From contig CAVWLP010000003.1 in NCBI GenBank assembly GCA_963755915.1, positions 704,001-768,000 of the forward strand: a stretch of 64,000 bases of DNA, read 5' to 3'. Within the stretch, counting starts at the first letter, position 1. Each line of letters starts with the position of its first letter. This stretch comes from an uncultured Phycisphaerales bacterium. GTDB lineage: Bacteria; Planctomycetota; Phycisphaerae; Tepidisphaerales; Tepidisphaeraceae. Shown here one piece after another: positions 20,598 to 30,169 of the stretch. The position numbers and the translations under genes are program-made. Below the pieces are notes generated by a model. The model saw nothing but the letters and a program-made list of their open reading frames with translations, did not search any database and had not been told where the DNA came from.

Positions 20598-21095
20598 TTA
20601 TCCTTCGCGGAGAGCATCCTCAATCTGATGAATCGCGTGCTGGACCTGGTCGAGCGCGGCGTCGCGGTGACCCTTGAAAATGTCCTCGGCATTCTGCAAT
20701 TCGTCACGCGCGTGATTGAGGGCGTCGAGGGCGTGGTGCAGATGGGGGTAATGGTCGTCGTCGAGCTTATTGGCGGCGGGTAAACCTACGGCGGCGTCGG
20801 TTTTTTCGCCCTGCTCTTCGAGGCCGGTTTTTACCTGTTCGATGGCGCGGTCGACGTGGTCCATGGCTTCGGCCTTGTGGCCTTTGAAGATGTCCTCAGC
20901 CTGATCGAGCTCAGAGCGGGCTTCGCGCAGGCGGTCGAGGGCGCGGTGCATGTGCGGAAAGTGGTGATAGTCGTCATCCATGCGGACGGCAGAGGGCGCG
21001 ACTGAGTCCGGTGGAGTCGCGCGGACAGTGGAAAAGGGAATGGCCGATAATGCGGCGGCCAACGATAAAGTGATGATTGGATGGTTCATGGGCAT
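20598..21095 (-). CDS. Secreted His-rich helical protein with an internal duplication
   Basis: Signal-peptide-like N-terminus; two repeats PH(M/L)HxALDxLxxARxELxxAEDIFKGH(K/R)xxAxDxVxxAIxQ. Confidence 0.85.
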   Translation of the reverse strand: MPMNHPIITLSLAAALSAIPFSTVRATPPDSVAPSAVRMDDDYHHFPHMHRALDRLREARSELDQAEDIFKGHKAEAMDHVDRAIEQVKTGLEEQGEKTDAAVGLPAANKLDDDHYPHLHHALDALNHARDELQNAEDIFKGHRDAALDQVQHAIHQIEDALREG

Positions 21096-21188
21096 GATTA
21101 TCTCCTCGGCAATAAAACGGGATAACCCACAAAATATTGTTTGGGGAAGACCCGACCATTCGCTTGGTGGGGCTTTTTTTGGGGTGCG

Positions 21189-23558
21189 CTAATCGTCGAG
21201 GAGGAAGCGGATGAGGTTGGGGGGCAGGAGGGGTTTCTGGACGTTGATGACGAAAGTGACGAGCATCATTTTGTCGTGGCGTTTGAACTGGGCCCACATT
21301 TTGTAGAGGCCTGGTTTGGGGAAGATGACGCCGAAGGGAATGTCGGGGCCGGCGCGGGCGTTCTGGTCGGGCGGGTTCAATTGCTCGGGGTGGCAGTGCA
21401 GATAGATCTGGGAGTCCTGAGAGATGTAAACGCAGTGGGCCATGGCGGAGAGGTAGGGTTGGAGATCGATGATGGGCTGGCCGTTCTGGGTCAGGCGGAT
21501 CATGAAGTGGGTTTCGATTCCGGAAACGGGCGTGCGGGGCTCGAAGAAAAGTTCCGCGGTGATGGTGGGATCGGAAGGGAGGGATTCTGCCAGGGCGGGA
21601 GAGGGCGTGAGATCGGGGGGATCGATCAGCAGTTCGGCGGTTTGGCCTTTTGCGTGGACGGCGACGGGAAGGCGGAAGACCTGGGCGCGCTGGCCGATGG
21701 GGGTGATGTCGGCATAGAGGAGATAGACGCCGGGCGTCGGGAAAGTGTAGGGGAGGATGAGGGAGCCATCGGGCTGCATTTGCGGATGGACGTGGTCGAA
21801 GAAGGTGAAGTCGGAGGAGATGATGATGAGGTGGAGGAGGTGTTCGTGGACGGTCATCAGGTCGCGGAGGAGCTTGCCCTGTTTGAGGGGCGTGAAGCGG
21901 AGGAGGGTTTGTTCGCCGGCGACGGCGTTGCTCGGCGTGAACTGCATGTCATAGTCGGGGGTGTGGAGGGTTGTGGGGGGCGTTCGGCGGATGGGGACGA
22001 GGGGCATTCCGCAGAGGGGGCAGACGCCGGGGGAGACGGAGATGATGCCGTCGTGCATGGGGCACTGGTATTGGGCGAGTTCGTTGGGGGGGACGGGGAT
22101 GATCAGGCTGGTGACCCAGGGGTCGAAGTAGCCCATTTTTTCCTGGCCGTTGACGGGTAATTCGGCGCGGGCGGAGAAGGCCATCACGTTTTTTAGGAAC
22201 GGGGCATTGGCGGAGAAGTGGGCGTGGGATTGATCGGATTGGAGGGGGATGGCGATTTCGGAGTAGCCTCGGGAGATGAGCAGGTTGACCTGGTCGGTGG
22301 GGACGGGGACGGGGGTTTCGGTGAAGCGGTCTTTGACATAGAGATCTAATTGTTGATTGGATGGATTGAAGGAGAGCTGGGCGCGGATGGGGCCGTAGGG
22401 GGCGATGGGGGAATTGGGGTCGCGGGAGCCGTCGGCGTGGACGCCCCAGCGGTTGTAATGGCCGTAGCCGATGTACCAGGGGAGGCCTTCGTTGTAGGTG
22501 ATGAGGAGGATGGATTCGGTGCACATCAGGACGGCGAAGATGACGGCGAAAGGTTTTTTAAATTTTGGGAATCCGTCCTGGAGGAGTCGGGCAGCGCCGA
22601 TGCCGAGGGCGGTGAGGCCCATGGTGATGTGGGCGATGTAGACGCCGGCGGCGACGTTGGCGTAGGGGGCGACGGTGTGGACGTGAGTGAAGAGCATTCC
22701 ACCGCCGATGAGAGCCATGACGGCGACGAGTTTGGAGGGGGTGGAGAAGGAGCGGGTGGTGGGGTGTTTTTTGTGGAGGCGCCAGATGCCGAGGGCCCCT
22801 ACCGTCGCGAGGACGATGGCGAGGGTTTTGTGGAGCTGGACTTCGCGGTCGCGGAGTTGGCGGGGGTCGAAGAGGCGGTAGAGGTCGAGGTCGGCGAAGA
22901 AGAAGAGGGAGATTCCGCCGACCAGGAGAAGCGCGGGGCCGACCCATTTGAGCTTGTCGGCTTTTTTGGGGAAGAGGGCGTGGACGAAGAGGGAGCCGGA
23001 GAGGGCGAGGGTGAGCCAACCGGCGACGTGGTGCATGAGTTCGGAATAGCGGAGGTTTTCGTCGGTTTGGCGGGTGGCGAGGTTGTTGAGGTCGTGGAGG
23101 GTGAGGACGGAGTTGGAGGTGGCGCCGACGACGGCGGCGCCGTAGTCGAAGACGAGTCTGCCGCCGAAGTAGCCGGTGATGACCAGAAAGGAGTACCAGG
23201 CGAGGCCGATGACGGTGTAGAGGGCGAGGGATTTTCGGGTGTTTTCGTTGAGGAAGATTCGCCAGGCCATGAGGATGACGAAACCCCAGGAGGCGATGTT
23301 GGCCATGAGTTCGTGCCACTCGATGGCATCTTCGGGGATGCCGGCGCGGCCGGCCCAGATTTCGGCGTAGATTCCGCAGATGAAGGCGATCAGGAGGAAG
23401 AAGGTTCCGGCGGCGGAGAGGCACTTGGCGGCGAAGTGGCAGCGGGGGGAGCGGGAGAAGAGGCCGGCGGCGTCGAAGATGAGGCCGGCGAGAAGCAGGA
23501 CCAGGGGGAACTGGACGAGCTTGGGGTGGAGATCGCCTAGGAATTGCCAGAATTGCAT
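21189..23558 (-). CDS. DUF2231-like membrane domain + multi-TM + heavy-metal-binding domain + His-rich soluble domains
   Basis: LHPKLVQFP and GYFGGRLVF (DUF2231-like); YQCPMH...PGVCPLCGMPL; VHEHLLHLIIISSDFTFFDHVHP; LQPYLSAMAH...YLHCHP. Confidence 0.8.
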   Translation of the reverse strand: MQFWQFLGDLHPKLVQFPLVLLLAGLIFDAAGLFSRSPRCHFAAKCLSAAGTFFLLIAFICGIYAEIWAGRAGIPEDAIEWHELMANIASWGFVILMAWRIFLNENTRKSLALYTVIGLAWYSFLVITGYFGGRLVFDYGAAVVGATSNSVLTLHDLNNLATRQTDENLRYSELMHHVAGWLTLALSGSLFVHALFPKKADKLKWVGPALLLVGGISLFFFADLDLYRLFDPRQLRDREVQLHKTLAIVLATVGALGIWRLHKKHPTTRSFSTPSKLVAVMALIGGGMLFTHVHTVAPYANVAAGVYIAHITMGLTALGIGAARLLQDGFPKFKKPFAVIFAVLMCTESILLITYNEGLPWYIGYGHYNRWGVHADGSRDPNSPIAPYGPIRAQLSFNPSNQQLDLYVKDRFTETPVPVPTDQVNLLISRGYSEIAIPLQSDQSHAHFSANAPFLKNVMAFSARAELPVNGQEKMGYFDPWVTSLIIPVPPNELAQYQCPMHDGIISVSPGVCPLCGMPLVPIRRTPPTTLHTPDYDMQFTPSNAVAGEQTLLRFTPLKQGKLLRDLMTVHEHLLHLIIISSDFTFFDHVHPQMQPDGSLILPYTFPTPGVYLLYADITPIGQRAQVFRLPVAVHAKGQTAELLIDPPDLTPSPALAESLPSDPTITAELFFEPRTPVSGIETHFMIRLTQNGQPIIDLQPYLSAMAHCVYISQDSQIYLHCHPEQLNPPDQNARAGPDIPFGVIFPKPGLYKMWAQFKRHDKMMLVTFVINVQKPLLPPNLIRFLLDD

Positions 23559-23612
23559 TGTGAGGACCCACGGCAGCGCCGTGGGCGTTCCCGGAGAAGA
23601 TATTTATTTCGC

Positions 23613-26177
23613 TCAATCGTAATCATCGGGGATGGAATCCAGGTCGCGATGGGATCTTGGGCGCGACATGGGTTGGGGTGCGATGGGTTCGTCGTGGACG
23701 AGATGCTTGTCGGCGGAGCCGGTGCGGGCGGAGGGGGCTTCGGGGGCGCGGGGCTCGGGCCTGGGGGGAGGGAGCTGGGGTTGGTGCTGGGGCTGGGCGG
23801 CGAATTTGGGCTGCTGGGGATTTTCGTAGCGGCGGCGGTTGTTGCTGTTGTTGCGGTTGTTGTTGCCCCGATTGCTTCCACCGCGGCGGTTGCCCTGGTT
23901 GCCGCCCTGATCGCGGCGATTTTGCGGCTGGTGCTGCTGCTGGGGCGGGGGTTGACGGTTAAACTTGTCGTCTTCGAGCTCGCCCTCGACGATTTGGGGC
24001 TGGGCGGTGTTGGATTGGATTTTGGGGGTTGGTACTGGTTCTGGTTTTCGTTGCGGTTTCTGTTTCGGCCGCGACCCCCGCGGCGGCCGCGACGACGGCG
24101 GCGGTTTTGGTCTTCGCTTTCGGCGCGGTCCCGGCTGGGAAAAAGCTCGTTACCGGGGGCGGGCTTGTCGCCGTATTCGTCGTGGATTTCATGCGGCGGC
24201 TCTGAAGAGGATTGGGCGAGAGACCGGGGTTGGGGTTCGTCGAAATCGTCGGGCTCGGGCTGGGATTCCGGCTCGGGCTCGGAATCGGAATCAGAGTCCG
24301 ACTCGACGGGGGTGAGTTCGGGGGCCGGTTGGGAGGATTCGGGCGACTGGGGCGCGGGGAGAGGCGGGGGCTCGGATCGGGCGGAGAATTCGGCTTCTTC
24401 GAGGGCCTGGTCGCGGCGGTCGAGCTCGTCGTCGACGTTTTCGAGATCGTATTTGTCCTCGTCGTCGCGCTGGTGCGGCGGCTCCGGGGGCGGGGGGAGT
24501 TGTTGCTGGGGAGGACGGCGCTGGGGGCGCTGGTCGGGACGGCGGCCGCCGTGGCGCCCGCGGTTGTCGGTGCGGTTGTCTTGACGATTGTCGGGGCGGC
24601 CGGAACGCGTGGGGGTATGGAGGGGGAGAGGGGGCGTCATGCCGAGCTCTTCGAGATAGACGTTTGAATCGCGGGCGTCGAAGAGCTCGATGCGGGCCTC
24701 GTCGAGGGGGACGGTGGGATCGGCGCGGACGATGACGCGTTTCTTGAACTGATGCTCGAGGGCGACGATCTGGTCGCGCTTGCGGTTCTGGAGGTAGAAG
24801 GCGACGTCGGGATAGACGGCGAGATCGACGCGGGCGACCTTGAGGTCGTTCATGGCGATGGCGAGCCGGCGCATGACGTCGAGGCTCATGCTTTCGGGAG
24901 TTTTGACGAGGCCGGCGCCGCGGCAATGGGGGCAGTCGAAATAGATGGAGCGCTTGAGGCTGGGGCGCATGCGCTGGCGGGTGAGCTCGATGATGCCGAA
25001 CTGGCTCATGCGCAGGACCTTGGTCTTGGCGCGGTCCTTGGCGAAGTTGGCGTGGAGGCGGGCGCTCGAGATCGCGGCGATGGCGTTCGAAGCGGAGGTC
25101 GATGAAGTCGCAGATGATGACGCCGCCGAGGTCGCGAAGGCGGAGCTGGCGGGGAATTTCGTCGGCGGCTTCCATGTCGGTTTTGAAGGCGGTGGTTTCG
25201 GCGTCGGCATGCTCGCGGAATTTTCCGCAGTTGACGTCGATGGCGACGACGGCCTCGGTGGAGTCGATGACGAGGGAGCCGCCGGAGGGGAGCGGGACGT
25301 GGCGGCTGTACATCAGCTCGATTTCGCGTTCGATGCCGTACTTGTGGAACAGGGGGACGGGGCCTTCGTAAAGGTCGACGCTGTTTTTGGTGCGGGGGTT
25401 GGCGAGCTTGATGACTTCCTTGACGCGCTTGGCGACCTCTTTGTCGTCGACGACGATGGGGTCGATGTCGGTGGTGAAGACGTCGCGGACGGTGCGGGTG
25501 ACGAGGTCGCCCTCGGTGTAGAGCTCCATGGGGCCGGGGCCGGAGTCGCGCTTTTTGACGAAGGTTTGCCAGAGGCGGGTGAGGTAGGTGAGGTCGCGCT
25601 GGATTTCGGTTTTGGATTTTCCGACGCCGGCGGTGCGGATGATGAAGCCGACGTCCTTGGGCGGCTTGAGGGAATCGAGAATCTGGCGGAGGCGGCGGCG
25701 TTCTTCGTCGTCTTCGATTTTGCGGGAGACGCCCATCTTCGCCATGCCGGGCATCATCACGAGGATGCGGCCGGGGATGGAGAGATAGGTGGTGAGCGTC
25801 GGGCCCTTGGTGCCGATGCCTTCCTTGATGATCTGGACGATGATTTCGTCGCCGCGGCGGAGGCAGCGCTGGATGGGCGGGCCGGTCGCGGCGGGAGATT
25901 TTGCGGCCGACGGTTTCCTGGAAGTCCGTTGCCCTCGGCCGAAATAAGTCGGCATCAGGTCGGAGATGTGGAGGAACCCGTTGCGGCCCAGGCCGAAATC
26001 GACGAACGCGGCCTGGATGGAGGCTTCGACGTTGGTGACGCGGCCCTTGTAGATGTTGCCGACGTGGCTGGTGGCGCTGGTGCGCTCCATGTAGAGTTCT
26101 TCAAGGCGTCCGTCTTCGACGAGGGCGATTCGGCATTCTTCGCCCTGGGAGACGTTGATGAGCATTTCTTTTGCCAC
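23613..26177 (-). CDS. rne: Ribonuclease E/G family with a long disordered C-terminus (several frameshifts)
   Basis: S1 domain GNIYKGRVTNVEASIQAAFVD, KEGIGTKGP, IDVN, LRLRDLGGVIICDFID, ELTRQRMRPS, CPHCRGAG; manual translation ends RDLDSIPDDYD* at 23613. Confidence 0.9.
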
Positions 26178-26197
26178 GGTTGGTCCTTTTACATTCG

Positions 26198-26224
26198 AGC
26201 GCTTCCCTTTGGGCGCGGCTAAAC
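26198..26224 (-). repeat. REP-like element, family A (variant)
   Basis: Reverse complement GTTTAGCCGCGCCCAAAGGGAAGCGCT between ptsI and rne. Confidence 0.65.
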
Positions 26225-26237
26225 AATACGAAGTATT

Positions 26238-27979
26238 CTAGAAGGCTTCGGGGTCAATTTTCTGGGTTTCGTCGCGCAGGTAATGCATGACCTGGCGTTC
26301 GCTGTCGAAGCTCATGACCCTCCGGGCCACTGTCTTGGCGTGTTCCATGGTGGTGGAACGGATAATTTTTTTCACCTCCGGGATATCGGGCGCGTTCATG
26401 CTGAACGTCGTCAGGCCCAGCCCCAGGAGCAGTAGAGTGTACAGGGGTTCGCCCGCCATTTCACCACACATGCTGACGCTGATGCTGCGGGAGCCCTTGC
26501 GGATGACATCGCGGACGAGGGCGAGGACGGCGGGATGACCGGGGCAGAAGAGCCCGGCGACTTTTTCGTTGGTGCGGTCGACGGCCAGGGTGTACTGGAT
26601 CAGGTCGTTGGTGCCGATGGAGAAGAAATTGACTTCCTTGGCGAATTTTTCGGCCATGAGGGCGGCGGAGGGGACTTCGATCATCATGCCGACGGGGATG
26701 TCGCGGTTGTAGGAGACGCCCTCGTCTTCGAGCTCTTCCATGACGTCGTTGAGGAGCATTTTGGCCTGACGGAGCTCCATGAGGGTGGTGATCATGGGGA
26801 ACATGATGCGGACATCGCCGAGGATGCTGGCGCGCATGATGGCGCGGAGCTGGCGTTTGAACATGGGGATGTCGTGCAGGCACATGCGGATGGAGCGGTC
26901 GCCGAGGAAGGGGTTGCGCTCGGGGCTGAGAGCCTTGTTCTGGGTGTATTTGTCGGCGCCGAGATCGAGCGTGCGGATGACCAGGGGGCGATTCTTAAGG
27001 CGAAGCAGGGCTTCGGCATAGGTGCCGTAATGTTCTTCCTCGCTGGGTTCGTGGTCGGAGGCGAGATAGAGAAATTCGGTGCGATAGAGGCCGACGCCTT
27101 CGGCGCCGCGGCGGAGGGCATCGTCGATGTCGGCGGGGAATTCGATGTTGGCCATGAGGCAGATGAGATGGCCGTCGAGGGTTTGAGCGGGCGAGTTCAT
27201 GGAGGGTTGCGCGCTCGGTTTCGAGTCTGAGCTGCGGCGGGTTTCGGCGGTGCGGTAGTCCTGAAGGTCCTGTGCGTCGGGGTTGATGATGACGACGCCG
27301 TGATCGCCGTCGATGATGACGAGTGTCGCCGGCGGAGACTTCGGAGGTGATGTCGGTGAGCCCGACGACGGCGGGGATTCCCATGGCGCGGGCGACGATG
27401 GCGGTGTGGCTGGTGCGTCCACCGGCGTCGGTGGCGAAGCCTTTGACGTGGACGCGGTCGAGGGAGGCGGTCTGGCTGGGGAGCAGATCGTGGGCGATGA
27501 GGATCCCGTCGCTGGTGAGATGGGCGACGTTCAACGCGCTGGCGGCCGGTGAGGCGGAGAAGCAGCTGGCGCTCGACGTCGTGGATGTCCTTGCCGCGCT
27601 CGGCGAGCATGTCGTTGGTGATTTCGGCGAAGCGGCGGCGTATTTTTCGAAGACGGTGGTGACGGCGTATTCGGCGGTGCTCTTGTTGGCGAGGATGGCG
27701 CCGTCGACCTGTTCGACGAGCGGTTTTGTCCTGAAGAACGCCGATGTGAAAGTCCATGATGGCGGCGATTTCCTTGCGATTGGCGGCGAGGAGCTCGTCG
27801 CGCTGGCGGGTGAGGTCGCGGATGACATCCTGGATGGCGTTGTGAAAGCGCTGGGACTCGGCGGCGACATTGGCGGCGGGGATCTGCCGGCGGGGGATGA
27901 CCAGATTCTCGGCATCAAGCACGATGGCGGTGCTGATGGCGACTCCGGGCGAAACTCCAATTCCCTTTTTTATTTCCAT
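26238..27979 (-). CDS. ptsI: PTS enzyme I (several frameshifts)
   Basis: KGIGVSPGVAI; GGRTSHTAIVARAMGIP (phospho-His); GVGLYRTEFLY; NPFLGDR; SIGTNDLIQY; CGEMAG, spread across three frames. Confidence 0.93.
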
Positions 27980-27983
27980 CGCG

Positions 27984-28265
27984 TCAATCTTCCCCGAATT
28001 TGTCCGCAAAGAGGCGGGCGAGCTTGTCGACGGCGGTTTGGGCGTCGTCGCCCTCGGCGAGGATTTTAAGGTGGGTTCCCTCCTCGGCGGCAAGGGTGAT
28101 CATCTGCATGACGCTTTTTCCGTCGGCGGTGCAGGGGTCGTCGCCGCCCTTGCTGACGGTGACCTTGGACTGGAACTGGTTGGCGAGATCGACGAATTGC
28201 ATGGCGGGCCTGGCGTGGAGTCCAAGGCGGTTAACGACGACGATATCGCGCGAGGCGCTGGTCAT
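27984..28265 (-). CDS. ptsH: HPr phosphocarrier protein
   Basis: NRLGLHARPA and ADGKSVMQM motifs. Confidence 0.93.
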   Translation of the reverse strand: MTSASRDIVVVNRLGLHARPAMQFVDLANQFQSKVTVSKGGDDPCTADGKSVMQMITLAAEEGTHLKILAEGDDAQTAVDKLARLFADKFGED

Positions 28266-28297
28266 GGCGGAGGGTTTCCGAATATGGGCCCGGGCTT

Positions 28298-28765
28298 TCA
28301 CGGGCGCTGATCCGCCTCATCCAGCAGCTCGACGATGGCCTCCCGGGTAGCGCTTTGGCGCAGAAATCTTCGAAAGATGTCTTTCTGAAGGTTGCTGAAA
28401 ACGATGTTCATGGCCTGCAGGTGCTGCTGGGGCTGATTTTCGGGTGAAAGAAGGAGGAAGATGGTGAAGACCGGCTGATGATCGAGTGCGGCGAACTCGA
28501 TACCGGCGACGGACCGGCCGATGGTTCCGGCCATTTTCTTGACGGCCGGGTGCTTGACGTGGGGGACGGCGACGCCTTTGCCGAAGCCGGTGGAGCCGTT
28601 CTGCTCGCGCTTGATGAGAGCGGCGACGACTTCTTCGACGGCGGAGGCGGGCAGCGCCTGGGCCGATGCCAGTGCGGCAGCAAGCTCGCGGAGGGCGTCG
28701 TCGCGATCGGTGGCGGCAAGTTCTGCAACGATGGCATCGGCAACGATGAAATCCTTCAATTTCAT
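28298..28765 (-). CDS. ptsN: PTS IIA component (PtsN-like)
   Basis: REQNGSTGFGKGVAVPHVK; lies between hpf and ptsH. Confidence 0.85.
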   Translation of the reverse strand: MKLKDFIVADAIVAELAATDRDDALRELAAALASAQALPASAVEEVVAALIKREQNGSTGFGKGVAVPHVKHPAVKKMAGTIGRSVAGIEFAALDHQPVFTIFLLLSPENQPQQHLQAMNIVFSNLQKDIFRRFLRQSATREAIVELLDEADQRP

Positions 28766-28781
28766 TGGAATGATGGCCCTT

Positions 28782-29168
28782 TCATTTTCGTCGAGTTGAG
28801 GAGCGGGAAGCTTTGCGCTTCACGCCAGCCAGGGGGGCGGCGGAGCGCATGGAGTGCTTGTCGGGAAGCGAGGAATGCTTGCGGTTTCGGAACCTTTTTT
28901 TGTAGTCGGAGAGCTGGCGCTCGAGCTTGTCAATGCAGGCGTCGACGGCGGCGTAGGCATCGTCGCGGGCGACGTGGACGATGAACATTTTGCGGTGCTC
29001 GGCGTTGACGATCATCTCCAGCCGGGTGGTTTCGGTGGCGATCTCGAAGATGACCTCGATTTCCTGGATTCGGTCGTAATAGCGGGTGAGCTTGGAGGTT
29101 TTCTGCTGGGCGTATGATTTGAGCGACGGAGTGACGTCCGTGTGCCGGGAAGAGATAGTTACGAGCAA
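28782..29168 (-). CDS. hpf: Ribosome hibernation promoting factor (RaiA/HPF)
   Basis: ISSRHTDVTPSLKSYA, DAYAAVD...KLERQL. Confidence 0.88.
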   Translation of the reverse strand: MLVTISSRHTDVTPSLKSYAQQKTSKLTRYYDRIQEIEVIFEIATETTRLEMIVNAEHRKMFIVHVARDDAYAAVDACIDKLERQLSDYKKRFRNRKHSSLPDKHSMRSAAPLAGVKRKASRSSTRRK

Positions 29169-29308
29169 ATGGCCTCCTTGATACCTTTAAACTTCATTGT
29201 ACAGCATAGCGTGGGGGTGGAGGGGGGGAAGTTGTGAGTTTCGATGCAGAATGGTGTGAAAAGTGCGAAAGTGTGAAGGTGTGAAACGTGGGGTTGCGCA
29301 AAATGTTG

Positions 29309-30160
29309 TCAGCCGGTTTGTTCTAAGGGGGTTTGGGCGGGGAGTTTTATGGGGGGGTGGAGAGGTTCTGGGGTGGGGGTTTTGACGACGAGGGGGGCTT
29401 CGGGACCGGGCATGATGACGCCGCCGGTGACGAGGAGGCGCATGGCTTCTTCGACGGTCATGGGGAGCTCGACGACTTTGTTGCGGGGAACGACCAGGAC
29501 GTAGCCGCTGAAGGAGGTGGGGGTGGAGGGGATGAAGACGGTGACGACTTCTTCAGGGCCGGCGTCGGAGAGGGTGAGTTGAGTGGTGTTGGTGACGAAG
29601 CCGATGGACCAGATGTTCTGCTCGTGGGGCTGTACGGCAACGACGCGGGATTGGTGGAACTGATGGGACCGGTCGGTGAGGACGAAATCGGTGACCTGCT
29701 TGACGGCGGGATAGATGGCGCGGACGAGGGGGATGCGGAGGACGGCGCGTTCGATGACGCGCCAGAAGGCCCGGCCGATGAGGTTGCCGACGAATACGCC
29801 CACGAAATAGACCAGGACGATGGAGAGGCCGACGCCGAGGATTCGGGTGCCCAGGTCGTTATCGTCGAGGGCGAGGCGGATGTAGTTGGGGGACTGAAAC
29901 GGGAGCCAGTGCTGGGTGAAGATGGCGTAATACCAGGCAAGGCGGATGAGGTTGATGATATGGACGCCGAGGTTTTCCCACAGAAAGTCCCAGGCCCAGG
30001 TAAGAAGCCAGAGGGTGATGAGTGTGGGCATGACGGCGGCGAGGCCGCGCAGGAAGAAGCGTTTGAAATCATCGGCGAATCCGGGCTTGGAATCGGGGAG
30101 ATTGGGCGCGGCTTCGTCACTGCGGGGAGGAAGCGAAGGTGGGTTGCCGGAATCGGTCAC
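29309..30160 (-). CDS. DUF502 membrane protein
   Basis: FLRGL, RIPLVRAIYPAVKQV, IGFVT, VFIPSTPTSFSGY, MTVEEAMRLLVTGG. Confidence 0.88.
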   Translation of the reverse strand: MTDSGNPPSLPPRSDEAAPNLPDSKPGFADDFKRFFLRGLAAVMPTLITLWLLTWAWDFLWENLGVHIINLIRLAWYYAIFTQHWLPFQSPNYIRLALDDNDLGTRILGVGLSIVLVYFVGVFVGNLIGRAFWRVIERAVLRIPLVRAIYPAVKQVTDFVLTDRSHQFHQSRVVAVQPHEQNIWSIGFVTNTTQLTLSDAGPEEVVTVFIPSTPTSFSGYVLVVPRNKVVELPMTVEEAMRLLVTGGVIMPGPEAPLVVKTPTPEPLHPPIKLPAQTPLEQTG

Positions 30161-30169
30161 AGGATGATT

